A stretch of DNA of 32,000 nt from Rhodobacter capsulatus SB 1003 (GCF_000021865.1 NC_014034.1:3630001-3662000); one strand, 5' to 3'; counted from the stretch's first letter, positions 7,720 through 15,310 are shown. Made by a program: numbers and translations. The notes: generated from the sequence alone by a model not told the origin.

Positions 7720-8448
7720 ATGCCCAATCCCACCTGCGCGATCCTGATCATTGGCGACGAGATCCTGACCGGCCGCACCCGCGAGGGGAACGCCCATCAT
7801 CTGGCGGGGGAACTGGTCAAGGCGGGCTTCGATCTGCGGCAGATCCGGGTGATTTCGGATGATCACCCGACCATCGTCGCCGCAGTGCGGGAGCTTTCCG
7901 GGACGCATGATCATCTGTTCACCTCCGGCGGCATCGGGCCGACGCATGACGACATCACCGCCGATGCCGTGGCCGAGGCTTTCGGGCGCAGCATCGGCAT
8001 TCGCGACGACGCCCGGGCGATCCTTGCCGCCCATTACGCCGCCCGCGGGGTGGAGTTCACCGAGGCCCGGCTGCGCATGGCCCGCATCCCTGAAGGCGCC
8101 AGCCTGATCGACAATCCGGTCTCGGGCGCCCCCGGGTTCAGCATCGGAAATTGCCACGTCATGGCGGGGGTGCCGAACATCTTTCAGGCGATGGTGGCGG
8201 GGCTCTTGCCGCGGCTTGCGGGCGGGCAGCCGCTGTTGTCGCGCAACTGGCAGATGATGGTGGCCGAAGCCGCCATCGCCGATGCGCTGCGCGATCTGGC
8301 CGCGGCGCATCCGGCCGTGTCCTTCGGCTCCTATCCTTTCGTCACCGAGGGGCAATACGGCACCAACCTTGTCGCCCGTTCGACCGAGCCCGCGGCGCTG
8401 GACGCCGCCTTTGCCGCACTGCAAGACGCTTTCCCGGAGGGTCGATGA
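7720..8448 (+). CDS. CinA-like molybdopterin-binding (MoCF biosynthesis) domain protein
   Basis: ATG at 7720 with AAGGAGG upstream. ILIIGDEILTGRTREGNAHHLA and GGIGPTHDDIT are typical of the CinA N-terminal / MoaB-MogA fold. 242 aa. Confidence 0.8.
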   Translation: MPNPTCAILIIGDEILTGRTREGNAHHLAGELVKAGFDLRQIRVISDDHPTIVAAVRELSGTHDHLFTSGGIGPTHDDITADAVAEAFGRSIGIRDDARAILAAHYAARGVEFTEARLRMARIPEGASLIDNPVSGAPGFSIGNCHVMAGVPNIFQAMVAGLLPRLAGGQPLLSRNWQMMVAEAAIADALRDLAAAHPAVSFGSYPFVTEGQYGTNLVARSTEPAALDAAFAALQDAFPEGR

Positions 8449-9158
8449 CCGATCCGCTGTTCGAGGTCATCGACGCCACATGGCCCGCGGCCTCGGTCCG
8501 GCAGGCGGGCGGCTTTCTGATCCGCGAAGGCCGGGGCGGCGGCGCGCGCGTCAGTGCGGCAAGCCTGATCGGAGATCTTGCAAACGCCGACATCGACGCC
8601 GCCATCGCTGCGCAGCGAGATCTTGGACAGGAGCCGAAATTCATGCTCCGCCCCGGGCAGGAGGCGCTGGATGCGGCGCTGGCCGAACGGGGCTTCGAGG
8701 CCTTTGATCCGGTGGTGATCCTGATGGCCGATCTGGCCGCCCTGCCCCGCGACGTGCCGCCCGTCACCGCCTTCGCGCATTGGCCGCCCTTGGCCATCGC
8801 CCGCGAGATCTGGGCGGAAAACGGCATCGGCCCGGCGCGGCAGGCGATCCTCGACCGCGCAAGCACGCCGAAAGCCGCCGTCCTTGGCCGCAGCCGCGAC
8901 CGCGCCGCCGGGGCGGCCTTTGTCGCCATCCATGACCGCATCGCGATGCTGCATGCCCTTGTTGTCGCGCCGGAATTTCGCCGTCAGGGCCTTGCCCGCG
9001 CGATCCTGGCCGAGGCCTGCCGCTGGGCCGCCGCGGAGGGGGCAACCCGCCTGAGCCTTGTCGTCACTCGGGCGAATACCGCGGCGCTGGCGCTTTACCG
9101 CGACCTCGGACTGACGCCCGTCTGCGCCTATCATTACCGCCGCGAGACCCGGACATGA
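8445..9158 (+). CDS. GNAT family N-acetyltransferase
   Basis: ATG at 8445 overlaps the upstream stop (ATGA). The C-terminal half has the acetyl-CoA motif FRRQGLARAIL. The track ORF start at 8151 is an Arg/Gly-rich out-of-context extension. Confidence 0.7.
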   Translation: MTDPLFEVIDATWPAASVRQAGGFLIREGRGGGARVSAASLIGDLANADIDAAIAAQRDLGQEPKFMLRPGQEALDAALAERGFEAFDPVVILMADLAALPRDVPPVTAFAHWPPLAIAREIWAENGIGPARQAILDRASTPKAAVLGRSRDRAAGAAFVAIHDRIAMLHALVVAPEFRRQGLARAILAEACRWAAAEGATRLSLVVTRANTAALALYRDLGLTPVCAYHYRRETRT

Positions 9159-10090
9159 GACGTTTTTTCTGCGCAGCATTTTTGCTGGCCGCCCTGCCCG
9201 CGCAGGCCGATCCGCTGGCCCTGACCCTGCCGCAAGGCGCCGCGATCTCGGCCGAGCGAAGCCAGGCCGCGACCTCCTACGGGCTGCCGATCGGGCCCTG
9301 GCGCGCGGACACGATGGCGCGCAGCGCGCTGGAAGGGGCGCGGTCCGACACGGCCTGGCGGCTGCGCGGCAATCAGCAGACGACGCTGCAAATCCTGGCG
9401 CCGCTGCGCGACCAGATCGCGGCGGCGGGCTATATCCTGATGTATCAATGCGAAACCGATGCCTGCGGCGGTTTCGATTTCCGCTATGCGCTGGATCTGA
9501 TCCCGGAACCGGAAATGCATGTCGATCTGGGCGACTTCCGCTATCTGGCGGCGCAGAACGGCAATGACTGGATCGCGCTGACGGTGTCGCGCTCGTCGGA
9601 ATCGGGCTTCGTGCATCTGACGACGATGACGGCCGAAGACGCCACCCCGGTCACGCCCGGCAACGATCTGGCCGCGCCGCAGCCCAGCCCGGAACCCGAA
9701 AGCCCCGCCGCCGATCTGGCCAAGGCGCTGGAGCGCGCGGGCAAGGTGGCGCTGGACGATCTGGTCTTCGCCAGCGGCGCATCGCAACTGGCCGAGGGCG
9801 ATTTTGCCTCGCTTTCGGCTTTGGCCGATTATCTGGCGACCCGGCCCGAGGCGCGGATCGCGCTTGTGGGGCACACCGACAATTCCGGCGCGCTGGCCGC
9901 GAATATCGCGCTCTCGCGCGATCGGGCCGCGGCGGTGCGCAAGCGGCTGATCGAGAAGCTGGGCGTTCCGGCCGGGCAGCTGAGCGCCGAAGGGGCGGGC
10001 TGGCTGTCGCCGCGGAGCTCGAACCTCACACCCGAGGGGCGCGACAAAAACAGAAGGGTCGAAGCGGTGCTCGCCTCGACCCCAAGGTGA
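9155..10090 (+). CDS. OmpA-family periplasmic/outer-membrane protein (unknown N-terminal domain plus OmpA_C peptidoglycan-binding domain)
   Basis: ATG at 9155 overlaps the upstream stop (ATGA). Signal peptide MRRFFCAAFLLAALPAQA. Pro/Glu-rich linker. OmpA_C motifs LVGHTDNSG...NIALSRDRAAAV...NRRVEAV. Confidence 0.85.
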   Translation: MRRFFCAAFLLAALPAQADPLALTLPQGAAISAERSQAATSYGLPIGPWRADTMARSALEGARSDTAWRLRGNQQTTLQILAPLRDQIAAAGYILMYQCETDACGGFDFRYALDLIPEPEMHVDLGDFRYLAAQNGNDWIALTVSRSSESGFVHLTTMTAEDATPVTPGNDLAAPQPSPEPESPAADLAKALERAGKVALDDLVFASGASQLAEGDFASLSALADYLATRPEARIALVGHTDNSGALAANIALSRDRAAAVRKRLIEKLGVPAGQLSAEGAGWLSPRSSNLTPEGRDKNRRVEAVLASTPR

Positions 10091-10129
10091 CGGCGCCGGA
10101 CGGAAGGGCACCGTGGGAGGAACGGAAAC

Positions 10130-11035
10130 CTACCAGTTGTCGGGCCCCTTGTCGGCAAAGGTCTCGGCCAGAAAATCGATGAAAGCCCGGACCTTGGGCT
10201 GGGTGAAGCGGCCCGGCGGATAGACGGCGTAGATGCCGAGCGTCTCCATCGGCAGATCGGGCATCGCCTCTTCGACCTGACCCTTTTTCATCGCATCGGC
10301 GTAAAGGAAGCTGGGCAGATAGGCGATGCCAAGCCCGGCGATGGCGGCATGCAGCAGCGACTGGCCGTCATTCACCGTCAGCCAGCCGGCCGAGCGCACC
10401 TGCCGCCGCTCGCCCGAAGGCGCGGTGATCTTCCAGACATTGCCGTTCGACTGGTTCGAATAATGCAGCAGCTTGTGATCGTTCAGATCGTCGATCTTCG
10501 TCGGGCGGCCGTATTTCTCGAAATAGCGCGGCGAGGCGATCATCCGCTTCGCCGTCTCGGTCAGCTTGCGCGCCTTGAGCGTGCTGTCTTCCAGCTCGCC
10601 CACCCGGATCGCCATGTCGAACCCTTCCGAGATCAGCTCGACATAGCGGTTGTTGAGCACCATGTTGACGGTCACTTCCGGATATTCCTGCAGGAAATCG
10701 CCCAGAACCGGGGACAGCAGATTGACCCCGAAATCGGTCGCGACCGAAATCCGCAAAAGCCCCGAGGGCGCCACCTGCATCGAAGTGACCAGCGCATCGG
10801 CCTCTCCGGCGTCATTCAGCACCCGCCGGGCGCGGTCGTAATAAGCGAGCCCGATTTCCGTGGGCGAGACCCGCCGCGTCGTGCGGTTGAGCAGCCTTGC
10901 GCCCAGCCGCGCCTCCAGCGCCGAGACATGTTTCGACACGGCCGATTTGGAAATCCCCATCTTCTTGGCGGCATCGGTGAAGCCACCTTGATCCACCACC
11001 GTGGCAAAGGCTTCCATTTCGGTCAGACGGTCCAT
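10130..11035 (-). CDS. LysR family transcriptional regulator
   Basis: N-terminal wHTH FTDAAKKMGISKSAVSKHVSALEARLGARLLNRTTR. 301 aa. Divergent from the dienoyl-CoA reductase gene. Confidence 0.92.
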   Translation of the reverse strand: MDRLTEMEAFATVVDQGGFTDAAKKMGISKSAVSKHVSALEARLGARLLNRTTRRVSPTEIGLAYYDRARRVLNDAGEADALVTSMQVAPSGLLRISVATDFGVNLLSPVLGDFLQEYPEVTVNMVLNNRYVELISEGFDMAIRVGELEDSTLKARKLTETAKRMIASPRYFEKYGRPTKIDDLNDHKLLHYSNQSNGNVWKITAPSGERRQVRSAGWLTVNDGQSLLHAAIAGLGIAYLPSFLYADAMKKGQVEEAMPDLPMETLGIYAVYPPGRFTQPKVRAFIDFLAETFADKGPDNW

Positions 11036-11179
11036 CGGTCACCCATCGGGAATGTTTCGCGCTTGCCCAAGTCATCGGATTGAATTCGGGCGCAATTTGG
11101 ACGCTTACGGGACAATACGGGGGAAATTGCAAAGTTCGGTCAAGGCGGGGAAACGATTGTTGCCCGTCTTGGCGGGAAA

Positions 11180-11237
11180 GGGGCTCTGCCCCTCGCCCTG
11201 CGGGCTCACCCCGAGGTATTTCGGGCAAGATGAAGAC
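11180..11237. repeat. intergenic repeat copy D (hairpin GGGGC-TCT-GCCCC plus ACCCCGAGGTATTTCGGGCAAGATGAAGAC; plus orientation)
   Basis: Same architecture as the reverse complements of copies A and B. Lies in the lysR / dienoyl-CoA reductase divergent region. Confidence 0.45.
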
Positions 11238-11316
11238 AATGACGTCGCGTTTGCCGTGACAGGGGGGGCGGCGCTTGTAAGGTGGCCGAAAATGAGAGCC
11301 AAAACGCGAGGACGTG

Positions 11317-13329
11317 ATGAGCCATTATCCGCATCTGCTGGCGCCGCTCGATCTGGGTCATGTGGTGCTGCCCAACCGCGTGCTGATGGGCTCGATGCAC
11401 ACGAACCTGGAAGAGACCGGCGACTGGGCCCGGGTGGCCGAATTCTACGCGACGCGGGCGCGCGGCGGGGTCGGGCTGATGGTGACGGGGGGGATGGCGC
11501 CGAACCGCGAGGGGGGCGTGTTTCCCGGCGCGGCGGGTTTGTTCACCGCCGCGGACATCGCCCACCACCGGCTGGTGACGGAGCGGGTGCATGATGCGGG
11601 CGGGCGGATCGCGATGCAGATCCTGCATGCGGGCCGCTATGCCTATGGACCGGAGTGTGTTTCGGCCTCGGCGGTGAAATCGCCGATCTCGCCCTTTGCA
11701 CCAAAGGAGTTGGATGCGGCGGGCATCGAGAAACAGATTGCCGACATCGCCACCGCTAGCGCCCGCGCCCGCGAGGCGGGTTATGACGGCGTCGAGGTGA
11801 TGGGCTCGGAGGGCTATTTCCTCAATCAGTTCCTGGTCCGCCACGTGAATCGCCGGACCGACGACTGGGGCGGGTGTTACGAAAACCGGATGCGCCTGCC
11901 GGTCGAGGTGATGAAGCGCGTGCGCGCCGCAGTCGGGCCGGATTTCATCGTGATCTTCCGCATCTCGCTGATCGATCTGGTCCCCGAGGGCTCGACCTGG
12001 GACGAGGTGGTGGTGCTGGCCAAGGCCATCGAGGCCGCGGGGGCGACGATGCTGAATACCGGCATCGGCTGGCACGAGGCGCGGGTGCCCACGATCGCCA
12101 CCTCGGTGCCGCGGGCGGCGTTCTCCTGGCTGACGGCGCGGCTGCGTCCCGAAGTCGGCATCCCCGTCATCACCTCGAACCGGATCAACACCCCCGAAGT
12201 GGCCGAAGGGATCCTTGCCGCCGGTCAGGCCGACATGGTCTCGATGGCGCGGCCCTTCCTCGCCGATCCCGATTTCGTCGCCAAGGCGGCCAGCGGCCGT
12301 GCGGCGGAAATCGCGCCCTGCATCGGCTGCAATCAGGCCTGCCTGGACCACACCTTTTCCGGCAAGATTTCGTCGTGCCTGGTCAATCCGCGCGCGGGCC
12401 ATGAGACCGAATTGCTGCTGACCCCTGCCGAAAGCCCGAAACGCATCGCCGTCGTCGGCGCGGGGCCCGCCGGCATGGCCTGCGCCATCGCCGCGGCCGA
12501 GCGCGGCCATGCGGTGAAGCTCTTCGAGAAGGACGCCGAAATCGGCGGGCAGTTGCGGCTGGCCCGCACCATCCCCGGCAAGGAGGAATTCCACGGCCTG
12601 ACCGACTGGTTCGCCACCATGCTGGCCCGTGCCGGGGTCAGCCTGCGGCTCAAGACCGAAGCGACGGTGGCGGCGCTGGGCGGCTTTGACGAGGTGGTGA
12701 TCGCCACCGGCGTCACCCCGCGCCGTCCCGGCATTCCGGGCGAAGAGCTGGCCGTCAGCTATGCCGATCTGCTCTCGGGCAAGGCCGTCGCCGGGCCGCG
12801 GGTCGCGGTCGTCGGCGCGGGCGGTATCGGTTTTGACGTCGCCGAATTCCTGACCGTGACGGACAGCCCGACGCTCCACCCCGAGGACTGGCGGCGCGAA
12901 TGGGGCGTCGGCGATCCGGCGCAAAGCCCGGGCGGGCTGGCCGAGCCCGCCCCCACCCCGCCCGCGCGGAGGGTGACGCTGCTGCAGCGGAAACCGGAAA
13001 AGCCCGGCCGTCATCTTGGGAAAACGACGGGCTGGATCCATCGCGCGGCGCTGGCGGCAAAGGGCGTGAAGATGCTCGGCGGGGTCAATTACGAACGCAT
13101 CACCGCCGAGGGCCTACACATCAGCTTCGGCCCCGGGCGCGAAAACCCGACGCTGATCGAGGCCGATACGGTGGTGCTCTGCGCGGGACAGGACAGCCAG
13201 CGCAGCCTGGCCGAAGCGCTGACGGCGCAGGGTTTCACCCCCCATGTCATCGGCGGCGCCGATGTCGCGGGCGAGCTGGATGCGAAACGGGCAATCGATC
13301 AGGGCACAAGGCTCGGCGCCCGGCTCTGA
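11317..13329 (+). CDS. fadH: NADPH-dependent 2,4-dienoyl-CoA reductase
   Basis: OYE-like N-terminus (HLLAPLDLGHVVLPNRVLMGSMHTNLEE), 4Fe-4S motif CIGCNQACLD, and two GxGxxG folds (VVGAGPAGMA and VVGAGGIGFDVA). ATG at 11317 lies 5 nt after GAGGA. The track start at 11314 is GTG. Confidence 0.92.
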   Translation: MSHYPHLLAPLDLGHVVLPNRVLMGSMHTNLEETGDWARVAEFYATRARGGVGLMVTGGMAPNREGGVFPGAAGLFTAADIAHHRLVTERVHDAGGRIAMQILHAGRYAYGPECVSASAVKSPISPFAPKELDAAGIEKQIADIATASARAREAGYDGVEVMGSEGYFLNQFLVRHVNRRTDDWGGCYENRMRLPVEVMKRVRAAVGPDFIVIFRISLIDLVPEGSTWDEVVVLAKAIEAAGATMLNTGIGWHEARVPTIATSVPRAAFSWLTARLRPEVGIPVITSNRINTPEVAEGILAAGQADMVSMARPFLADPDFVAKAASGRAAEIAPCIGCNQACLDHTFSGKISSCLVNPRAGHETELLLTPAESPKRIAVVGAGPAGMACAIAAAERGHAVKLFEKDAEIGGQLRLARTIPGKEEFHGLTDWFATMLARAGVSLRLKTEATVAALGGFDEVVIATGVTPRRPGIPGEELAVSYADLLSGKAVAGPRVAVVGAGGIGFDVAEFLTVTDSPTLHPEDWRREWGVGDPAQSPGGLAEPAPTPPARRVTLLQRKPEKPGRHLGKTTGWIHRAALAAKGVKMLGGVNYERITAEGLHISFGPGRENPTLIEADTVVLCAGQDSQRSLAEALTAQGFTPHVIGGADVAGELDAKRAIDQGTRLGARL

Positions 13330-13333
13330 TCCA

Positions 13334-13382
13334 CCTTTTGTCGTGCCGCAAATATCCCGGGGTCCGGGGGCAACGCCCCCGG
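13334..13382. repeat. intergenic repeat copy B (minus orientation), containing an 8-bp GC hairpin
   Basis: CCTTTTGTCGTGCCGCAAATATCCCGGGG followed by CCGGGGGC-AAC-GCCCCCGG (13364-13382). Fills almost the whole gap between convergent stops (13329 and 13385). Confidence 0.55.
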
Positions 13383-13384
13383 TC

Positions 13385-13729
13385 TCAGGCGCCGCTTTCG
13401 ACGCAATGGCGGCGGAAGGCCCGCTTCAGCAGATCCAGTTCCGCCCGCAGCAGATCCAGTTCCGCGCGCAGATCCGCCTCGAGCGGCTGCCCGGCGATCA
13501 GGGTGAAATGCCCCACCTGTTCCTCGCCCGAGCGCAGAACAAAGGTCTGCACCCCGTCCGACAACAGCCCGGGCGGGATCGGCAGGCTCAGCTGCCAGAG
13601 GTTTTCGCCCAGCGCGGCGCAGCTCAGACCGGGCACTTCCCGTTCCAGATGCAGCACCTTGAAGGCGGGCTCCGGCCCCCGCCACAGAGCTTCCCAACGC
13701 CCGGCCGCGATCCGCGATCCTTCCAGCAT
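13385..13729 (-). CDS. hypothetical protein (114 aa) with a C-terminal heptad-repeat tail
   Basis: ATG at 13729 lies 9 nt after the upstream stop, with GAGGG between them (translational coupling). Codon third-position GC is typical. No motif recognised. C-terminus ADLRAELDLLRAELDLLKRA. Confidence 0.6.
   Translation of the reverse strand: MLEGSRIAAGRWEALWRGPEPAFKVLHLEREVPGLSCAALGENLWQLSLPIPPGLLSDGVQTFVLRSGEEQVGHFTLIAGQPLEADLRAELDLLRAELDLLKRAFRRHCVESGA
13427..13480. repeat. 21-bp in-frame tandem repeat (about 2.6 units)
   Basis: CAGCAGATCCAGTTCCGC is identical at 13427-13444 and 13448-13465, separated by CCG/GCG. A partial third unit CAGATCCGCCTC follows. On the minus strand it encodes the repeated heptad LLRAELD. 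Confidence 0.85.
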
Positions 13730-13738
13730 CCTGCCCTC

Positions 13739-14515
13739 TCAGATATTGGCGCGCGGATGCCGCGCCACGGACAGATCCCGCAGCAGGATCTGGTTCATCT
13801 GCGGCCCTTCGAAGATCAGATCGACCCAGGCCTTCTCGACCCGCTTTTCGTTCATCTTCGTATAGGCCAGATCGAATTCGACGAAATCCGTGCCGCCGCC
13901 CAGCGGCATCTCCCGCACCAGCTGATCGGTGTTCGGCCCGTGCTTGATGTTCAGCCGACAGAAAATCTCGAGCGGCCGTTCCAGCTCGACCGACATGGCG
14001 AGCCGGATCAGATGATTGCGCTTCAGCCCCGCGATGCCCTCCTCGGGCAGGTCCAGCACCAGCGACAGGAACGAGCCGTCGAAGCGAAAGACATCCATCC
14101 GCAGCCCGAAGGGCGCGGCCTCCTGCGGCGGGCGGTTGCGGATCTGGCGCAGCGTGATGTCGCTGTCGCGGCAATCGTGAAACAGCGTCGCATCGGCGCC
14201 GATCCGGGTCCGGCTCTCGATCCCGACATGGCCCGAGGGCACCACCGGCCCCCGCCACAGATCCGGGCGCCAGACCCAGTCGCAGCCCAGCGGCCGAACG
14301 ATCCCGTCGCCGCCGGGCGGCAGGGCCAGACGTTCTTCCGCCTGAAACAGCACCTGATCCAGCCTGCGCCGCAGGGTCTGCGCATCGTCGCGCAGCTGCG
14401 CCAGCTCGGCCGCGCTCATCAGCGAAACCTTGCGCCCCGCACGCTCCCAGCGCGCCAGCATGCGGCCTTGCGCCAGCCGATCAAGGAGGGAGTTGGATTT
14501 TCCGGACATCATCAC
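13739..14515 (-). CDS. conserved-looking hypothetical cytoplasmic protein (258 aa), function unknown
   Basis: Start cluster GTG-ATG-ATG at 14515/14512/14509. Codon usage is typical. No signal peptide, TM segment or catalytic motif recognised. Trp-rich segment CDWVWRPDLWRGP. Confidence 0.75.
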   Translation of the reverse strand: MMMSGKSNSLLDRLAQGRMLARWERAGRKVSLMSAAELAQLRDDAQTLRRRLDQVLFQAEERLALPPGGDGIVRPLGCDWVWRPDLWRGPVVPSGHVGIESRTRIGADATLFHDCRDSDITLRQIRNRPPQEAAPFGLRMDVFRFDGSFLSLVLDLPEEGIAGLKRNHLIRLAMSVELERPLEIFCRLNIKHGPNTDQLVREMPLGGGTDFVEFDLAYTKMNEKRVEKAWVDLIFEGPQMNQILLRDLSVARHPRANI

Positions 14516-14680
14516 CCAGGCGATACGAGGACGCCACCATCATACAAACGAAAAGTTACGCTAGGATTGTTCTGCACCGGCTCCGGATAGAAATGAAGCT
14601 TAAAATCAGCAAGAAAAGCAGCATTTCAGCCTTGTTGCAACCCTGCCGTGAAACGCATTTTAAACACTCTCCGAATGCGG
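14516..14680 (-). promoter_or_regulatory. AT-rich intergenic region, probable promoter region for the 258-aa/114-aa operon
   Basis: This is the only clearly AT-rich stretch in the window. On the minus strand TATGAT lies about 30 nt upstream of the start cluster. Next to the lipoprotein stop, CGCATT (14654-14659) pairs with AATGCG (14674-14679) as a weak hairpin followed by TTTC on the minus strand. Confidence 0.3.
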
Positions 14681-15310
14681 TCAATTCAGGTCATGAATCG
14701 TCTCGTCGAAAGCCGACAGCAGGTCCAGCTGAGTCGCGTCATCCAGCGCGCTGCCCGCCAGCGGCAGCACCGACAGCGCCGAGACATGGCCGCCAAGCCC
14801 GATGATCTCGCGCCAGTAGACCGGCTCCACCGGGGCGGTGTCGGGGGCAGAGTGATCGGCGATTTTCAGCAGCAACCGCCGCTCCTCGCGCCGCACCGCC
14901 AGGATCTCGACATCCCGCGCCTTCCCCGACCGCGCCAGCGCCGCCCGTCCGGCCCGGCTTTTGAAAAACGCCTCGTAGCTTTCGAAGGCGGCCTCGACCG
15001 GATCCTCGCTGGGTGGACCGATCGTGGCGCTGAGCAGCGCCTTTTGTGCCGGTCGCGGCGCGCGCGGATCGCCGCCGATCGCGGCACAACTGCCCCACAG
15101 CACGAAGCTGCCCTCGGGCCCGTCGCGGGTCGAGCCGGGATCGACGCAGAACCCGTCCGGCGCCAGAAGGGTCATCCTGCCCTGCTGCAGCGTGACCCGG
15201 CCGGTGACCGGCTTCTGCTTCGGCAGCGGCAGCTCGAGTTTGAACGGAAGTGCCGTGACGCAGCCCGAGAGGGCAAGGCTCAGACACAGAGTGATCAAGA
15301 TCCGTCGCAT
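14681..15310 (-). CDS. hypothetical lipoprotein (209 aa)
   Basis: ATG at 15310. The track ORF extends to 15544 with an Arg/Pro-rich extension. Signal peptide plus lipobox MRRILITLCLSLALSGC. No other motif recognised. Confidence 0.75.
   Translation of the reverse strand: MRRILITLCLSLALSGCVTALPFKLELPLPKQKPVTGRVTLQQGRMTLLAPDGFCVDPGSTRDGPEGSFVLWGSCAAIGGDPRAPRPAQKALLSATIGPPSEDPVEAAFESYEAFFKSRAGRAALARSGKARDVEILAVRREERRLLLKIADHSAPDTAPVEPVYWREIIGLGGHVSALSVLPLAGSALDDATQLDLLSAFDETIHDLN

Noticed and set aside
10453-10461. GGTTCGAAT, a tRNA T-loop-like string
   Set aside because: It lies inside the LysR-family coding sequence. No acceptor, D or anticodon arms can be drawn around it.
11127-11143. TTG-N11-CAA dyad, and a nearby ATTG-N10-CAAT (11079-11096), as possible LysR boxes in the lysR/fadH spacer
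   Set aside because: Neither has the classical T-N11-A spacing when counted from the inner T and A. The dyads are too short to separate from chance.
13244-14590. 448-aa plus-strand ORF covering the unknown-function locus
   Set aside because: It begins inside fadH, crosses the repeat element, and lies antisense to both minus-strand genes. Its product is Pro/Arg/Gln-rich. The minus-strand frames have ATG starts, an SD-coupled junction and native third-position GC, so they are preferred. Because neither minus-strand gene has a recognisable homologue motif, this call is somewhat less certain than the others.
5433-14630. Recurrence of GCAGCATT (5433, 5448, 9172, 14623) and CTGCGCAG (5428, 6746, 9169)
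   Set aside because: Rough composition-based expectation is about one occurrence each per window. Two of the hits belong to one tandem repeat. The enrichment is too weak to call a shared motif beyond the local element at 5426-5456.
14593-14805. 70-aa plus-strand ORF starting in the AT-rich island (MKLKISKKSSISALL...)
   Set aside because: Third-position GC is low at its start. It runs antisense into the lipoprotein gene, has no SD, and its product becomes Arg/Pro/Ala-rich. It is likely spurious, although a very short peptide or sRNA in the island cannot be excluded.
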